Shown: piece by piece, positions 13,467 to 24,662 of the stretch | How positions within the stretch are numbered: position 1 is the first letter of the stretch | How the letters are laid out: every line of letters starts with the position of its first letter | NCBI GenBank assembly: GCA_964016885.1 | Contig: OZ024742.1 | Span: 289,354,001 to 289,418,000, forward strand | Direction: 5' to 3' | Origin: Eledone cirrhosa | Taxonomy: Eukaryota | Length of the DNA stretch: 64,000 bases | Program-made: the position numbers and the translations under genes | The notes under the pieces: model-generated | Databases searched by the model: none | What the model saw: only the letters and a program-made list of their open reading frames with translations | What the model was told of the DNA's origin: nothing

Positions 13467-15654
13467 GTATATACTATATATGTAATGTCTATTATATATA
13501 TATAATTTTTATATGATATATATATATATATATAATGTATATACTATATATCTAATGTCTATTATATATATATAATTTTTATATGATATATATATATATA
13601 TAGTAAAAGTATTGAAATGTTTTTTGTCCTTTTTGGTGAGTTTGTATTCAAAGTTTGAACTCTGATTTGGCACAACTACCTATATACCACCACCATGACC
13701 ATCATCATCACCATCTACCCCAAACCAAGGAGGCTATTGACTGGGTATTTGACTGAAGTCAACCCTTCAGGTTATATACTAATCTACACTCACCACATGC
13801 TACCCCACCACACTTCCACCACCCCACACCTCTGCCCAACCTCACACACTCCCTGCCCCACTTCACACAAATGCTTTTTTTGCCTTTTCTTTCTCTCTTC
13901 CAAGATGGTATTTATAAAAAAAACAAAAACAAAAAGCAGCATTTGTGAACACACCCTTGTATGTTAACCTATAAATAATGATCTTGTGTGAGTGTGACTT
14001 TGTTGGGTGTGAGTGTTGCTTTAATGAGTGACCATGTGGCTTGGCTTTGTTGAGTGGGTGTGGTTCAAATTGTATGTTAATTTTTTAATAAGAGTCTAGT
14101 ATGTTTGGGAGTTTGAAGGGGTAACTGTCTCTTTGTTGAGTGTGCACGTGGCTGTGTTAAGTGAGTGGGACATACTGAAATGTGTAAAACATTTCTGAGT
14201 GTACAGTTGTTATGTATGTTAACTTTTAAATAATATTGAGTGAGTGTGGCTCTGTTGAGTGTGAGTATGACTTTGTTGAGTGTGAATGTAGCTTTTATAG
14301 TGTGAGTGTGTCTTGTTAATTTGACAATCTGTTATTTTCTCTTTTTTTGTTGCATTTTGTATCCTGCTCCTTGCTTTGTTGGTGACCCTCTGATGGAGAG
14401 GAGAACTATCCCCCCCCCCCACACATCTATGTTTGTGTGTTTATACAACCACCACCTCCTCTAACTACTCACCCCATCTTTCTGTGTCTATCTATGGAGT
14501 CACACTCTCTATATACCTCCCTCTCTGTGTGTTTATACAACCACCCCTCTATTCTTTCCCCCCATCTTTATCTGTGTGGCTATCTACACAACCATCCTTC
14601 TTATTCCCTACCTCCATTTCTGTAACTACTATCTATACAACCACCTGCTCTATGCTACTCCCTCTATTAAACTGCCCCCTCTATACCATCACCCTAATAA
14701 CTTAGTAATTCAGTTTTCAAACAAACTCAGTCCCAGTGTTTCTGTTGCTATCACTGTAAATTAATGAATTTTTAAAACTGATTTTTTTTTGTGTGTAATT
14801 GAAACCACCAAATGCTCCAACTGACTGATTGTCAAATATTTATTTTTTGTCCAGATTCAGTAGATATTAATCATCTGTTGGCTGCTGTCACAGAAAATTA
14901 ACTGTCTTGACATCATATTTCTAATGACACTGCCAATGTGTTTAATTTAATTTTGAAAATAATCAAAAATCTGAAGAAATTTAATAAAATTAAATTTTTC
15001 ATTATTAAGCCGATTTTCTGAAAGATTATTTAACACATTTTTCTTAAATAAAATTATAATGGAAAGTTTTAATATAAATATGAACACTTTATAATGGGCA
15101 GTTTTGTATCACAGAAACAGAGACAGTTTCAGGCAGGTTGGTATCAAAATTCTGAATAGATTTTAAGATTCTGTCTAAGTAAAAATGATAATTTTTGTCT
15201 GATTAAAACTGCCAAATATTAAAACCTCACTGACTGACTGTCATATATATATTTATTCTTTGTTCAGATCCAATAAATATATTTATCACATGTGAGCTGT
15301 TGTCACAATGTATCATAATATTTTATTGTATTACATACGACTTTAAAACCATAATTGATCCTCACATGTTGTTAAAGTGTTGGTAAATAATATCAACATC
15401 CATAACAACTGAGTGTGACTCACCACCTTAGCAACCGAGTGTGACTCACTGTCATAACAACAGAAATGGCCAAATTCAGCCATCAAATTCATATAAATAT
15501 GACACTCCCACTTTGTATAGATACCACACCCCTTTGCATAGATACCACACCCCTTTGTATAGATACCACACCTCTATGTATACATACCACACTCCCATTC
15601 GGTGTAGATATCACAAACCTATTCTGTTTCAATTAAGTCTTCCCTATTAGAGAA

Positions 15655-15860
15655 GACACAACAGGTAAACTGCTGCTGTGTGTCTGATCACCTATTTACA
15701 ATGTTTCTAGCTTAATTACTTCAACAGGTAAACTGTTGTTCTGTGTGTCTGATCACCTATCAATACTGTTTCTCTACCTTAATTACTTCAACAGGTAAAC
15801 TGCTGTGTCTGATCACCTGTCAACAGTGTTTCTACCTTAACCACTTCTACAAGTAAACTC
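15655..15860. repeat. ~60-65 bp tandem repeat (CAACAGGTAAACTG...TGTCTGATCACCT...TTAATTACTT), about 3.5 copies
   Basis: Units start at about 15660, 15723, 15789 and 15849. Confidence 0.85.
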
Positions 15861-17333
15861 AGAAGACATTATGCACCTAACTTACTGCTTCTTTATTTTC
15901 TTATTGTTACCTGGCCATATTTCATGATGACAAATCTTTATTCTTAACCATTTTCCTTTTAAAATATTAGAGAAAAAAAAAAAAAGGAATCACCCCAATG
16001 CAGACAGCTAAATTTTCTTAATCTCATTCAACCCCTTGAGTGTTTTCATTCCCACCAGATTGTTCCATTCAAACATATTTTGGAAACTCTGGAGAATATT
16101 CTGATTCTACCAAAAATTAAGAAGAAAAAAAACTTAAACACTTTTTTTTTTTTTTTTTTAGAAATTGTCATTATAAAGTTTGTGAATTTTTGAGGGACAT
16201 TTCTTGTTTGTTTTATTTAATGGTACCTTCTTTGGTTATCAGCCTCAACTGCCTCATTCCATCTTTGTCAGTATCCTAAAAGAACTGCTGACAGCCTCTC
16301 TCAACATCTCCAACTGTTCCAACAAACAGATGTTTGTTTTCTCACCTAAACACAACTTGAAAAAAACCTGTAAAATAAAGTCACAAGATTTTTAATATTT
16401 TGGTAATTTTTTTCCCTATATTTGTCAGTATGTTAATGACAAATAAAGAAATGGTCAGTTTCTAAATAAAAATTAAAAAAAGAATGTCTTTTATTGTGTA
16501 TGACCGTCTTTGGTTTAATTGACAAAGTAATATTCATCAACTGCCTAATTTTTGTCACACACACATTTTTCCTTGTTATAACAACTTCATCATTTGCTGT
16601 TTGATATTGTCTTACACACACACACACACACATATATATACACACACACGTTTGTCTTTGATATTAATCTTTCCTGGATTCTTCTGCATTAGCTTCCAGT
16701 CTGTCAGGACTTTCCAATTTCTCTTCTCTAGAATGACTGCCAAAACTGATGGTTCCATCATTTGAAAGTTTCTTTGAGGTAAAAAATAATACGACTTAGA
16801 GCTGGCTCCATTTTTTTTTAGCTCTCAGCTTTCTTTCTCAAATCTTGACCAATGGTTAAGAAAGCTTCAATTTGGATTTCATATTTCAAAAGTGGTGCAA
16901 GGTTTGCGATTTGCCTTCACTCAATCCCCTTTGAAATTCCCCTCTCCTCTCTCTCTCTTTCCAGATATTCCTGAAGTTTTTGGACATAGTCTTGTCCACC
17001 AATATGGTGTTTATTGCTGTCTCTTCTGTGAAGAGGACTCTAATCCCTGATTACTGCAGCTCTGGGTTGATAGTTACTAACCAACACACCACAGATATAT
17101 CTTCTATTTTGTTTTGTTTGTTTTCCTTTCTCAACAGAAACAAATAAGATTTCACCATATCTTGATCCCTGATCTGGTATCAGTGAGATTAAGCTGAAAT
17201 ATTTACACTTCATCCTGAGCCAGTGATTTGATCTTTCATCAACTGTTCAGATTGATTCTGAACTTAAAACCTCGCTGAAACCTCCTTATTCTTTGAGCAA
17301 AATATACACATATTAACATACACGTTATTTTAA

Positions 17334-17366
<33 letters not shown>

Positions 17367-17455
17367 TAATATAATGCAACAATTATAAAATTATTCATTG
17401 TTGGATTAAAGAAAAAATAATCTTTAAATATACTTCCGTGCATTTTCACCTTCAC

Positions 17456-17543
<88 letters not shown>

Positions 17544-18194
17544 ATGGTGAGAAAGAAATGCTACGTTGAAAAAAAAAAAAAACCTGAGGACATTTAAATA
17601 AGAATTGAAAATTGAGTCATTTACATATTTCAGTATTTTTGTTGATTCCATTTAATGAAAATGGAGGAATATATGAACCAATATTTTGGTACTTTATACA
17701 TTTATTTAGTATTATATTGAATATATATATAAATATATATCAAGTTTAATATAGAAATAGCTTCTACAGGACTAGAACTGTTCTAGTCTTGTAGAAGCCA
17801 TTTCTGTATTAAAATTGTTGTTTTACACTCTTCTAATGTATTGAGTACCTTACTTACTGATTGAACCTGGGCCCCACATATATATATGTATAAAGAAAAT
17901 ATTGGGAAAACCAGACCAATGCAGATAGGAAATATGATGCTAGAATGAGAGCAGAGTTAAAATAAGACAGACAAAACAACAATAGTTTTACCTTATATAT
18001 GTCAAGGTTAGAACCTCTTTGTGTGTGTGTATATATATATATATATATTCATTTTATTCAGGCTAAATAGTGAGTCTTGTTACTCTGGAGTTTCGCCTAT
18101 TTATCACATGGTCATCATTTAGCCTTAATAAAATGAATATTAAAACTCTACTTCAGTATTAAGTACCACTTTCTCTCAACTGTCAACCAAATAC

Positions 18195-18241
<47 letters not shown>

Positions 18242-18955
18242 TTTAGTACAAACAAAAGAAAACAGCAATTAACACATAATGTGGATGTTGAGAGTATTTA
18301 TATTAACAATTTGACTTATTTTTGCATTACCAAACAATTTCATGGCTGTAAATACTGAAAGTTAAGTAATGTATGAAGAACCTGTAATACACAGGGGAAA
18401 CTCCAAACTGACAGACCACTGGCTTGGTTTTAATAAAACTCTACATTTCTAGTGTGTTATTGATTATTCATTCTCACATTCATCAATACTAAATGAATAC
18501 ATATATATATGTGTTTGTTTTGGAATATGTAATCAAATTCAAATAAACTGCTAATCTTTCTCAGAATCTTGGTTAGGAAAGCTTCATTTCTTGTTTCCTT
18601 GGCAACAATATTTGATTCATATGAATGCCAACAAATAATAATATTGGATATTCCAATATTGAAGAATGTTGTTTATTTCTTAGTTAAAACTAAATTTAAA
18701 TCCAGTTTGTGTTCTGAAAATCTGAAATATTTTCTATTTTACAATTGAAATTCTTTAACCCTATTGTTACTATATTTCTAATGAAATCCACTGCCTAGCG
18801 TTTTTAAATAATTTTGAAAAGAAATCAATAATTTAAAGAGATTTAGTAATATAACTAACTTTCTCATTATTGAGCTGCTGTTTGAACCATAATTTATCAA
18901 AGGTTCTTAGATAAAATTGTAATGGAAGGTTTTTAGATAAATATAAACACTTTAA

Positions 18956-19198
18956 CCCTTTCATTACCTTATTTCTAATGAAATACACTGCCTATGATTT
19001 TAAAATAATTTTGAAAATAATCCAGAATTTGGAGGGATTTAGTAATATAACTTTCTCATTATTAAACTGGTGTTTGGAACATAACTTAAGCTGAAATTAT
19101 GAAGGCAGGTTTTTAGATAAATATAACAAACACATTTGGACAAACAGTTTTATATTATAGAACGAGGAGTGGTTTCAAGAGGTTTGGTATCAAAAGGG
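18956..19198. mobile_element. piggyBac-like MITE (TTAA-CCCTTT...AAAAGGG-TTAA)
   Basis: TTAA TSD at 18952-18955 and 19199-19202 with CCCT/AGGG termini. Related copies at ~18758-18950, 14900-15150, 30880-31100 and 38350-38500, and one split by the CR1 (9093-9195 + 12604-12729). Confidence 0.7.
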
Positions 19199-19376
19199 TT
19201 AAAAATGAAATATGATCTTTAAAAGCTCCAACATTGGTTTTTACCAAATTTTCCTTAATCCCAATATATTGTAAATGAATATTTTCTCAAAACATTTCAT
19301 TAAAACTGATTGATTCTTGAATAATCAATACAGATTTCTATATTTCTATTAAATATTTTCCAAAGAAAAAGATGGC

Positions 19377-19415
19377 AGTGACTTCGAAGTTTCAGCATTG
19401 ATGCCTCTTCAGACT
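19377..19415 (-). ncRNA. Minimal type I hammerhead ribozyme motif (Penelope pLTR type)
   Basis: Minus strand reads AGU-CUGAAGA-GGCA-UCAA-UGCU-GAAA-CUUCGAA-GUC/ACU: intact core, 4-bp stem II, palindromic stem III (ACUUCGAAGU), GUC cleavage triplet, 3-bp stem I. Confidence 0.7.
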
Positions 19416-19661
19416 TAGGAAAATAATCTTATACTCTGCTCACATGTATTGAGTGCTCCTTCAGTTAATATTTGAACGTTCTATGTAAACTGGTATTTCT
19501 ATTAAATATTGAACAGAATGGATGTTTAAAACTAATTGTTGTTGATTGTTTTTTAATAAATATTGGTTTTGTTCTTTTTTCAATGAAATGTCCCTAAATA
19601 TTGATGTAGACACATAACTTTGTGTATATATATATATATGCACATACATAAAGAGTGGATA

Positions 19662-19692
<31 letters not shown>

Positions 19693-19764
19693 TTAGAAAG
19701 GTTGAGTGGATATGTATTTATTGAAAATTAGCTAAGAAGCTTCAACATATTAGGCATAAAAGCT

Positions 19765-20094
19765 TTTCGACTAAAGTGTTAGAAAGTAGGAAAGAAAACA
19801 GGACCCTGATCCCATCAAGAATGTGGCTCTATTCAATATGTAGAAAAGTGGTAAGCAGAAACACTGATGTACACAATGCAAATCTTGGGTACACAAGAGG
19901 TGTAGCAGTCAGACTAACAGGAAAGGAAGACTTCATATGTTCAGGAGTAATTGATAGTAAGAGTGTCAGAGATGTAACCCTTTTCCAATCAAATGAAGGC
20001 TCCATAGATGTGGTCGATAGCTTCTGTTATCTAGGTAATCTAATTAGCGGTGGAGAAGGGTTCTTTGAGAGCATAACAGCTAGAACAAGGGTAG
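19765..20094 (+). mobile_element. Old RTE relic, 5' part (interrupted by the Gypsy insertion)
   Basis: KVLESRKENRTLIPS...EGSIDVVDSFCYLG.LISGG...SITARTRV, continuing after the 3' LTR as GWKKFREL at 24223. Confidence 0.8.
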
Positions 20095-20340
20095 TGTGGA
20101 TATGGTGCGGTGGCCGGAAGCGGGGGAGTGCTCGACCGGAAGAGTGCTTGACTGGAAGGGTGCTCGACCGGAAGGGCCAGCAGATCGTCTCTCTCTAGTG
20201 GTGACCAGGAACGGTGTGGACGCGAGCTTGGCAGCTCCCGGGTGTTAATGAGTTGGACGCACGTGGAACAGGAGAAACCAGCCTTGGGATTTAGCGGCGC
20301 CTATGAAAAGCGGTAAGTGAGATAGCTTTTTCTAACCACA
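20095..20340 (+). repeat. 5' LTR (246 bp, TGTGG...CCACA)
   Basis: Direct repeat of 23939-24222 with inverted TGTGG/CCACA ends. Confidence 0.93.
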
Positions 20341-20352
20341 AGCTATTTCGGC
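20341..20352 (+). promoter_or_regulatory. Non-canonical primer-binding site AGCTATTTCGGC, complementary to tRNA-Phe nt 1-12
   Basis: Immediately follows the LTR-terminal CA. The reverse complement GCCGAAATAGCT equals the 5' end of metazoan tRNA-Phe(GAA). No TGG-type PBS is present at this position. Confidence 0.72.
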
Positions 20353-23300
20353 ACTGGAAACTGAGATCTGATTTGGAAAAAAAAAAAAAAAAACTTTCTC
20401 GAAAACAAAGCTACTGGAAAAACAGAGAGGAATCTGTTGTTTTTTTTATTTTATTACGTACCGCAAGACAAATTAGGATATGGCGACGAGACTATGAACG
20501 AGCGAAGCTATTAGGGCATTTACTGGTGAAGGCGATGTTGTTGCTTGACCGCAAGCTGATAGATGTGGCTGGCCTCATGGCACTGTACCTCGAGGGGGAC
20601 GCGTTGGTACTCTTAGATGAACACAGCCAAAGGGATGCGCAAAAGATTGAGAGGCGCATGAGGGAAGCGTTCACAGAGGGACCGTTAGCCGCTTTCACTA
20701 AGCTGGCAAGAATTAGATGGAACGGTGAACGCGTTGACATTTTCGCAGCGGAAATACAGCGATTGGTCATGTTGGCTGGATATCGGGTGGAATGCGAATG
20801 CACGGTGCGGTTGGCGTTCATAAATGGATTTCCAGACAACATAGGAGTGAAACTGCAGCAAGTCCCGGGTTACAAAGAAATGGAAATGTGTTCACTGGTG
20901 AAACAAGCCCGGATCATAGCAGAAAATGCCAAGAAGAGTGTCGCGGCGATAGCAACTACAGAGGCGAAATGGTGAAAGGGAGGCAACCACGGCACGCGGT
21001 CGCCTGCGAATGTTTAGAGGTCGCTGTTTTAGGTGCCAGGGCCCGCACATGGCAAGAGACTGTAGAGAGTCAAGACTGGAAATAATATGCTACCGGTGTA
21101 AGCGACCAGGCCACATCACCACTAAGTGCGACCAGGGAAACGATCCAAGGGGAACTACTGCGCCGGTAATTGCCCCTTATGAGTAGAGGCGCTGCCCGTG
21201 GTGGAAGTCTTCGTGAGGGGAAAGCCACAGCGAGCCCTCATGGACACGGGCTGTACGAAGACGCTGGTGACCGCGGGGGTGGGGCAGAGGTGGAGAGGGA
21301 AGAGCAGCGTAAGGGCAGTCGACAGCAGGAAAACTGAATGCCGAGGTCGCAGCTAGGTGGAGATGGCGGTACGGGGAAGGAAAATAAGGCTTTCTGCCAT
21401 CGTAGTTGACAACGTCATGGATGGGATCGGCGTGGTTATGGGCATGGACGCAATTGGCCGTCTAGGAGGCGTCACAGTGAACAATGTCGGTGTGTCGTTT
21501 GGCGTCGCTGCATCGGTATGCGCTGTGAGAATGCGACAGGAGAATCAGAAGGCCCACGAGGAGAAATACCCCGCTTACACTGTGCAGGACAAAGACTTCA
21601 AGGCCGTGTTCGATGGGCAGCGATGGGTTGTTGAGTGGTACTGGAAGGGAGAACCACCAACACTGAAGACCAAAGTGTCTCCCTTAGACATTAGGAGCGA
21701 GTTCGAGCGAGAGGTAGAGAGATGGATTGAGGAGGGCATACTGCTTCCCTGGAAAGAGGAGGTGAAGTGCGGAGTATTCCCGTTAATGGCGGTGGCGCAA
21801 CCCACGAAGAACAAGGTGAGGCTGGTGCTGGACTTTCGGAAGCTGAACGAGCACGTGTCATGCCACACGGGTGGCGAGATCACGGATGTCTGTGGGGAAA
21901 CCCTGCATGAGTGGAGACGCATGACGGGGGGTTCAGCAATCGTAGATCTAAAGTCGGCATACTTGCAAGTGCATATAGATGAGAAGCTCTAGCAGTATCA
22001 GCTGGTCAGGTATAAGGGCCGGACATATTGCCTGACCAGGCTCGGTTTCGGGCTGAGCTCCGCACCGAAGATCATGGCGGTGGTCCTCAAGACCATTCTG
22101 GGAAAGGCCGACAAGATGAAGAGGGCCACTAACTCCTACATTGACGACATCCTAGTGGACGAATCTGTAGTGTCGGCGGCGGAGGTCACGAGCCATTTAC
22201 AGGGGTATGGACTGGCTGTGAAGCTGTCAGAAGCGTTGGAGGGAGGAGCCGCGCTGGGACTTAGGCTACGGCGAGACAGGACGGGCGTCTTGGTATTCCA
22301 GAGGGGAAATGAAGTTCCAGAACTGGGCCCAAGTATGAGTAGGCAGGAGCTTTTCTTGGTGTGTGGAAAGTTGGTGGGTCACTACCCGATTGCTGGGTGG
22401 CTCCGGACGGCATGCAGCTATGTCAAGAGACGAGCGGGAGGAGTGACAGAGTGGGAGAGAGGACGGTGGCCATGATGCAGGAGATCGTGGAGAGGGTGAA
22501 GGCCGACGACCCAGTACGGGGACGCTGGTATGCTCCCAAATCGCAGAGCGGGACCGTATCGTGCGATACCAGCAGCATAGCGCTGGGTGTCATGTTGGAG
22601 ATAGGAGGTGTTGAGGTTGAGGATGCAGCCTGGCTTAGGAAGAAGGACGACTGCAACCACATCAATGTGGCCGAACTGGATGCAGTGTTGAGAGGGGTGA
22701 ACCTCGCCCTGAGGTGGGGACTGCGCACCATCGAGATTCACACCGACTCGGATGGGTGAGATCAGTGCTCACCAGTGAGAAGAGAGTGCAAACGAGAGGG
22801 GCAGCGGAGATGCTGATAAAGCGCCGCCTGAGAACTTTAGGAGAGCTGGCCACCGAGTTCGACCTGAGGCTGAGCGTAGTTTTCGTGCCCTCAGAGAAAA
22901 ATAGGGCGGACGTCTTAACTAGGGTGAAGAAAGCCTGGATGGAGGCGTCGGAGGAGGTAGAAGATGAGATAGCTGACCGAGTCGGATCTGAAAGGGTTGC
23001 ATGACATGCACCACATGGGAGTGGATAGGACCCTGTTCCTAGCCAGGAGAATCGACTCGGACGTTAACAGACACAGTGTTCAAAGGGTGGTTAGAGGGTG
23101 CGTCCGATGTCAGTCCATTGATCCTGCCCCGGGTGTGCACGAAACGGGAAGCCTCCCGGTGGATCGCGACTGGAAGCGATTGGCGGTGGATGTAACGCAC
23201 TACTGACAGGGAACGTACCTCTCGATGGTCGAATGTAGACCAGGACGGATGGCGATATGGAGGGAGATGAAGACTGGAACATGGCCGAGGAAATCATGCG

Positions 23301-23938
23301 GACGTTGAGAGAGGTGTTCTTGGAACGAGGCCCTGTGGGCGAACTGCTGATGGACAACAGCGCAGCGTTCCGATCGAAGGCGCTGAGGGAGATACTCGAT
23401 GGATGGAAGGTGGACCGTTTCTTCAGAGCAGCAGAAATGGAATTGTGGAGCGACACCACCGGACGATCAAGGCGATGGCGAAGCGGGGCCATATTTCACC
23501 AATGGAGGCAGTGTTCTGGTACAACATGTCCCCTCGGGTGGGACAGGTTGAGGAATCGGTGCCACACAGAGCAGTATTCAGATACGAGTGGCGGCACCCA
23601 TGCATGCCACCACAACAGCCAGTGGCGAGAGAGAATGCATTCGTGCAGGTGGGCGAAGAAGTCTGGGTTAAGCCCCCAGGTGCACGTTGCACATCTCAAT
23701 GGGGAAGGGGAACGGTGACGGCCGTTAATTCCCAGAACAATGTGTCCATGGACGGAGTACCACGTCATGTCCTGGATGTCCGTAGAATCACTGTGTCAAC
23801 AGACTCCGAGGAAGAGGAAACTCAAAGTACCGCCCCAACACTGCGGAGATCGCAAAGAAGTCGCAAACCACCAACCTGGACAGCAGACTTTCATATGCAG
23901 AAGGACGAGGGGGAAATTGATCCTTGAGATCAGGGGGG

Positions 23939-24222
23939 TATGGTGCGGTGTGCGGTGGCCGGAGCTGGGGAGTACTCGACCAGAAGAGTGCTTGGCCGGA
24001 AGGGTGCTCGACCGGAAGGGCCAGCAGATCGGTCTCTCTCTAGTGGGGACCAGGAACGGTGTGGACGTGAGCTTGGCAGCTCTCGGGTGTTAATGAGTTG
24101 GACGCGAGCTTGGCAGCTCCTGGGTGTTAATGAGTTGGACGTACGTGGAAGAGGAGAAACCAGCCTTGGGATTTAGCGGCGCCTATGAAAAGCTGTAAGT
24201 GAGATAGCTTTTTCTAACCACA
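23939..24222 (+). repeat. 3' LTR (284 bp) with internal ~37-bp tandem duplication
   Basis: Homologous to 20095-20340. GAGCTTGGCAGCTC..GGTGTTAATGAGTTGGACG occurs twice here and once in the 5' LTR. Confidence 0.93.
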
Positions 24223-24662
24223 GGTAGGATGGAAGAAGTTTAGAGAACTATTCTCTGTTAACAACAAAAGCTTTCTCCTTATAAACAAAAGGACTGCCGT
24301 ATGATACCTATGTGTGAAGTGTCATACTGCATGGTAGTGAAACATTGGCAATGACTCCAGAAGATATGTGTTGGCTGGAGAGAAATGAAGCAAGCATGCT
24401 TTGATAGATGTGCAATGTTAATGTGAGAGAATAGCAGAGCTTGGATGAATTGAGAGAAAAAGTGGGTTGAAGAGGAATCAAAAGTAGTGTGCAAGAGAGA
24501 ACACTGCTGGTATGAACATAGGTGATGATTGTGAGTGAAGAAGTACTAGGAAATCCCAGTGGAAAGAAGCTGCACTAAAGGAAGACCTGAACAGAAGTGG
24601 TGAGAACTGATCTCAAATCGCTGAAACTCACAGATGAGACAAGTGGCGAGATGCTATGCTGT
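24223..24662 (+). mobile_element. Old RTE relic, 3' part
   Basis: GWKKFREL, ILHGSETL, LERNEASML and KTWxEVVRTDLKSLKL motifs, all degenerate. Confidence 0.8.

Larger units (their letters stand above)
20095..24222 (+). mobile_element. Compact (4128 bp) Gypsy/Ty3 LTR retrotransposon, structurally complete but with stops and frameshifts
   Basis: Two LTRs and a GGTAG TSD (20090-20094, 24223-24227). Gag with two CCHC knuckles (~21023-21130), protease ALMDTGC (~21235), RT (DLKSAYLQV, YIDDILV), RNase H (HINVAELDAV, HTDS) and integrase (HDMHH..CVRC, NGIVERHHRTIK), in Gypsy order. PPT-like GAGATCAGGGGGG before the 3' LTR. Confidence 0.95.

Noticed and set aside
14855-14901. Possible further PX-gene exon after TTTTTTGTCCAG (and a similar site at 15268)
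   Set aside because: Short, quickly stopped in the compatible phase, no recognisable domain, and part of a local duplication.
16650-17300. Non-repetitive, coding-looking stretch
   Set aside because: I found no sustained open frame or recognisable motif on either strand. It is probably an old unclassified TE relic.
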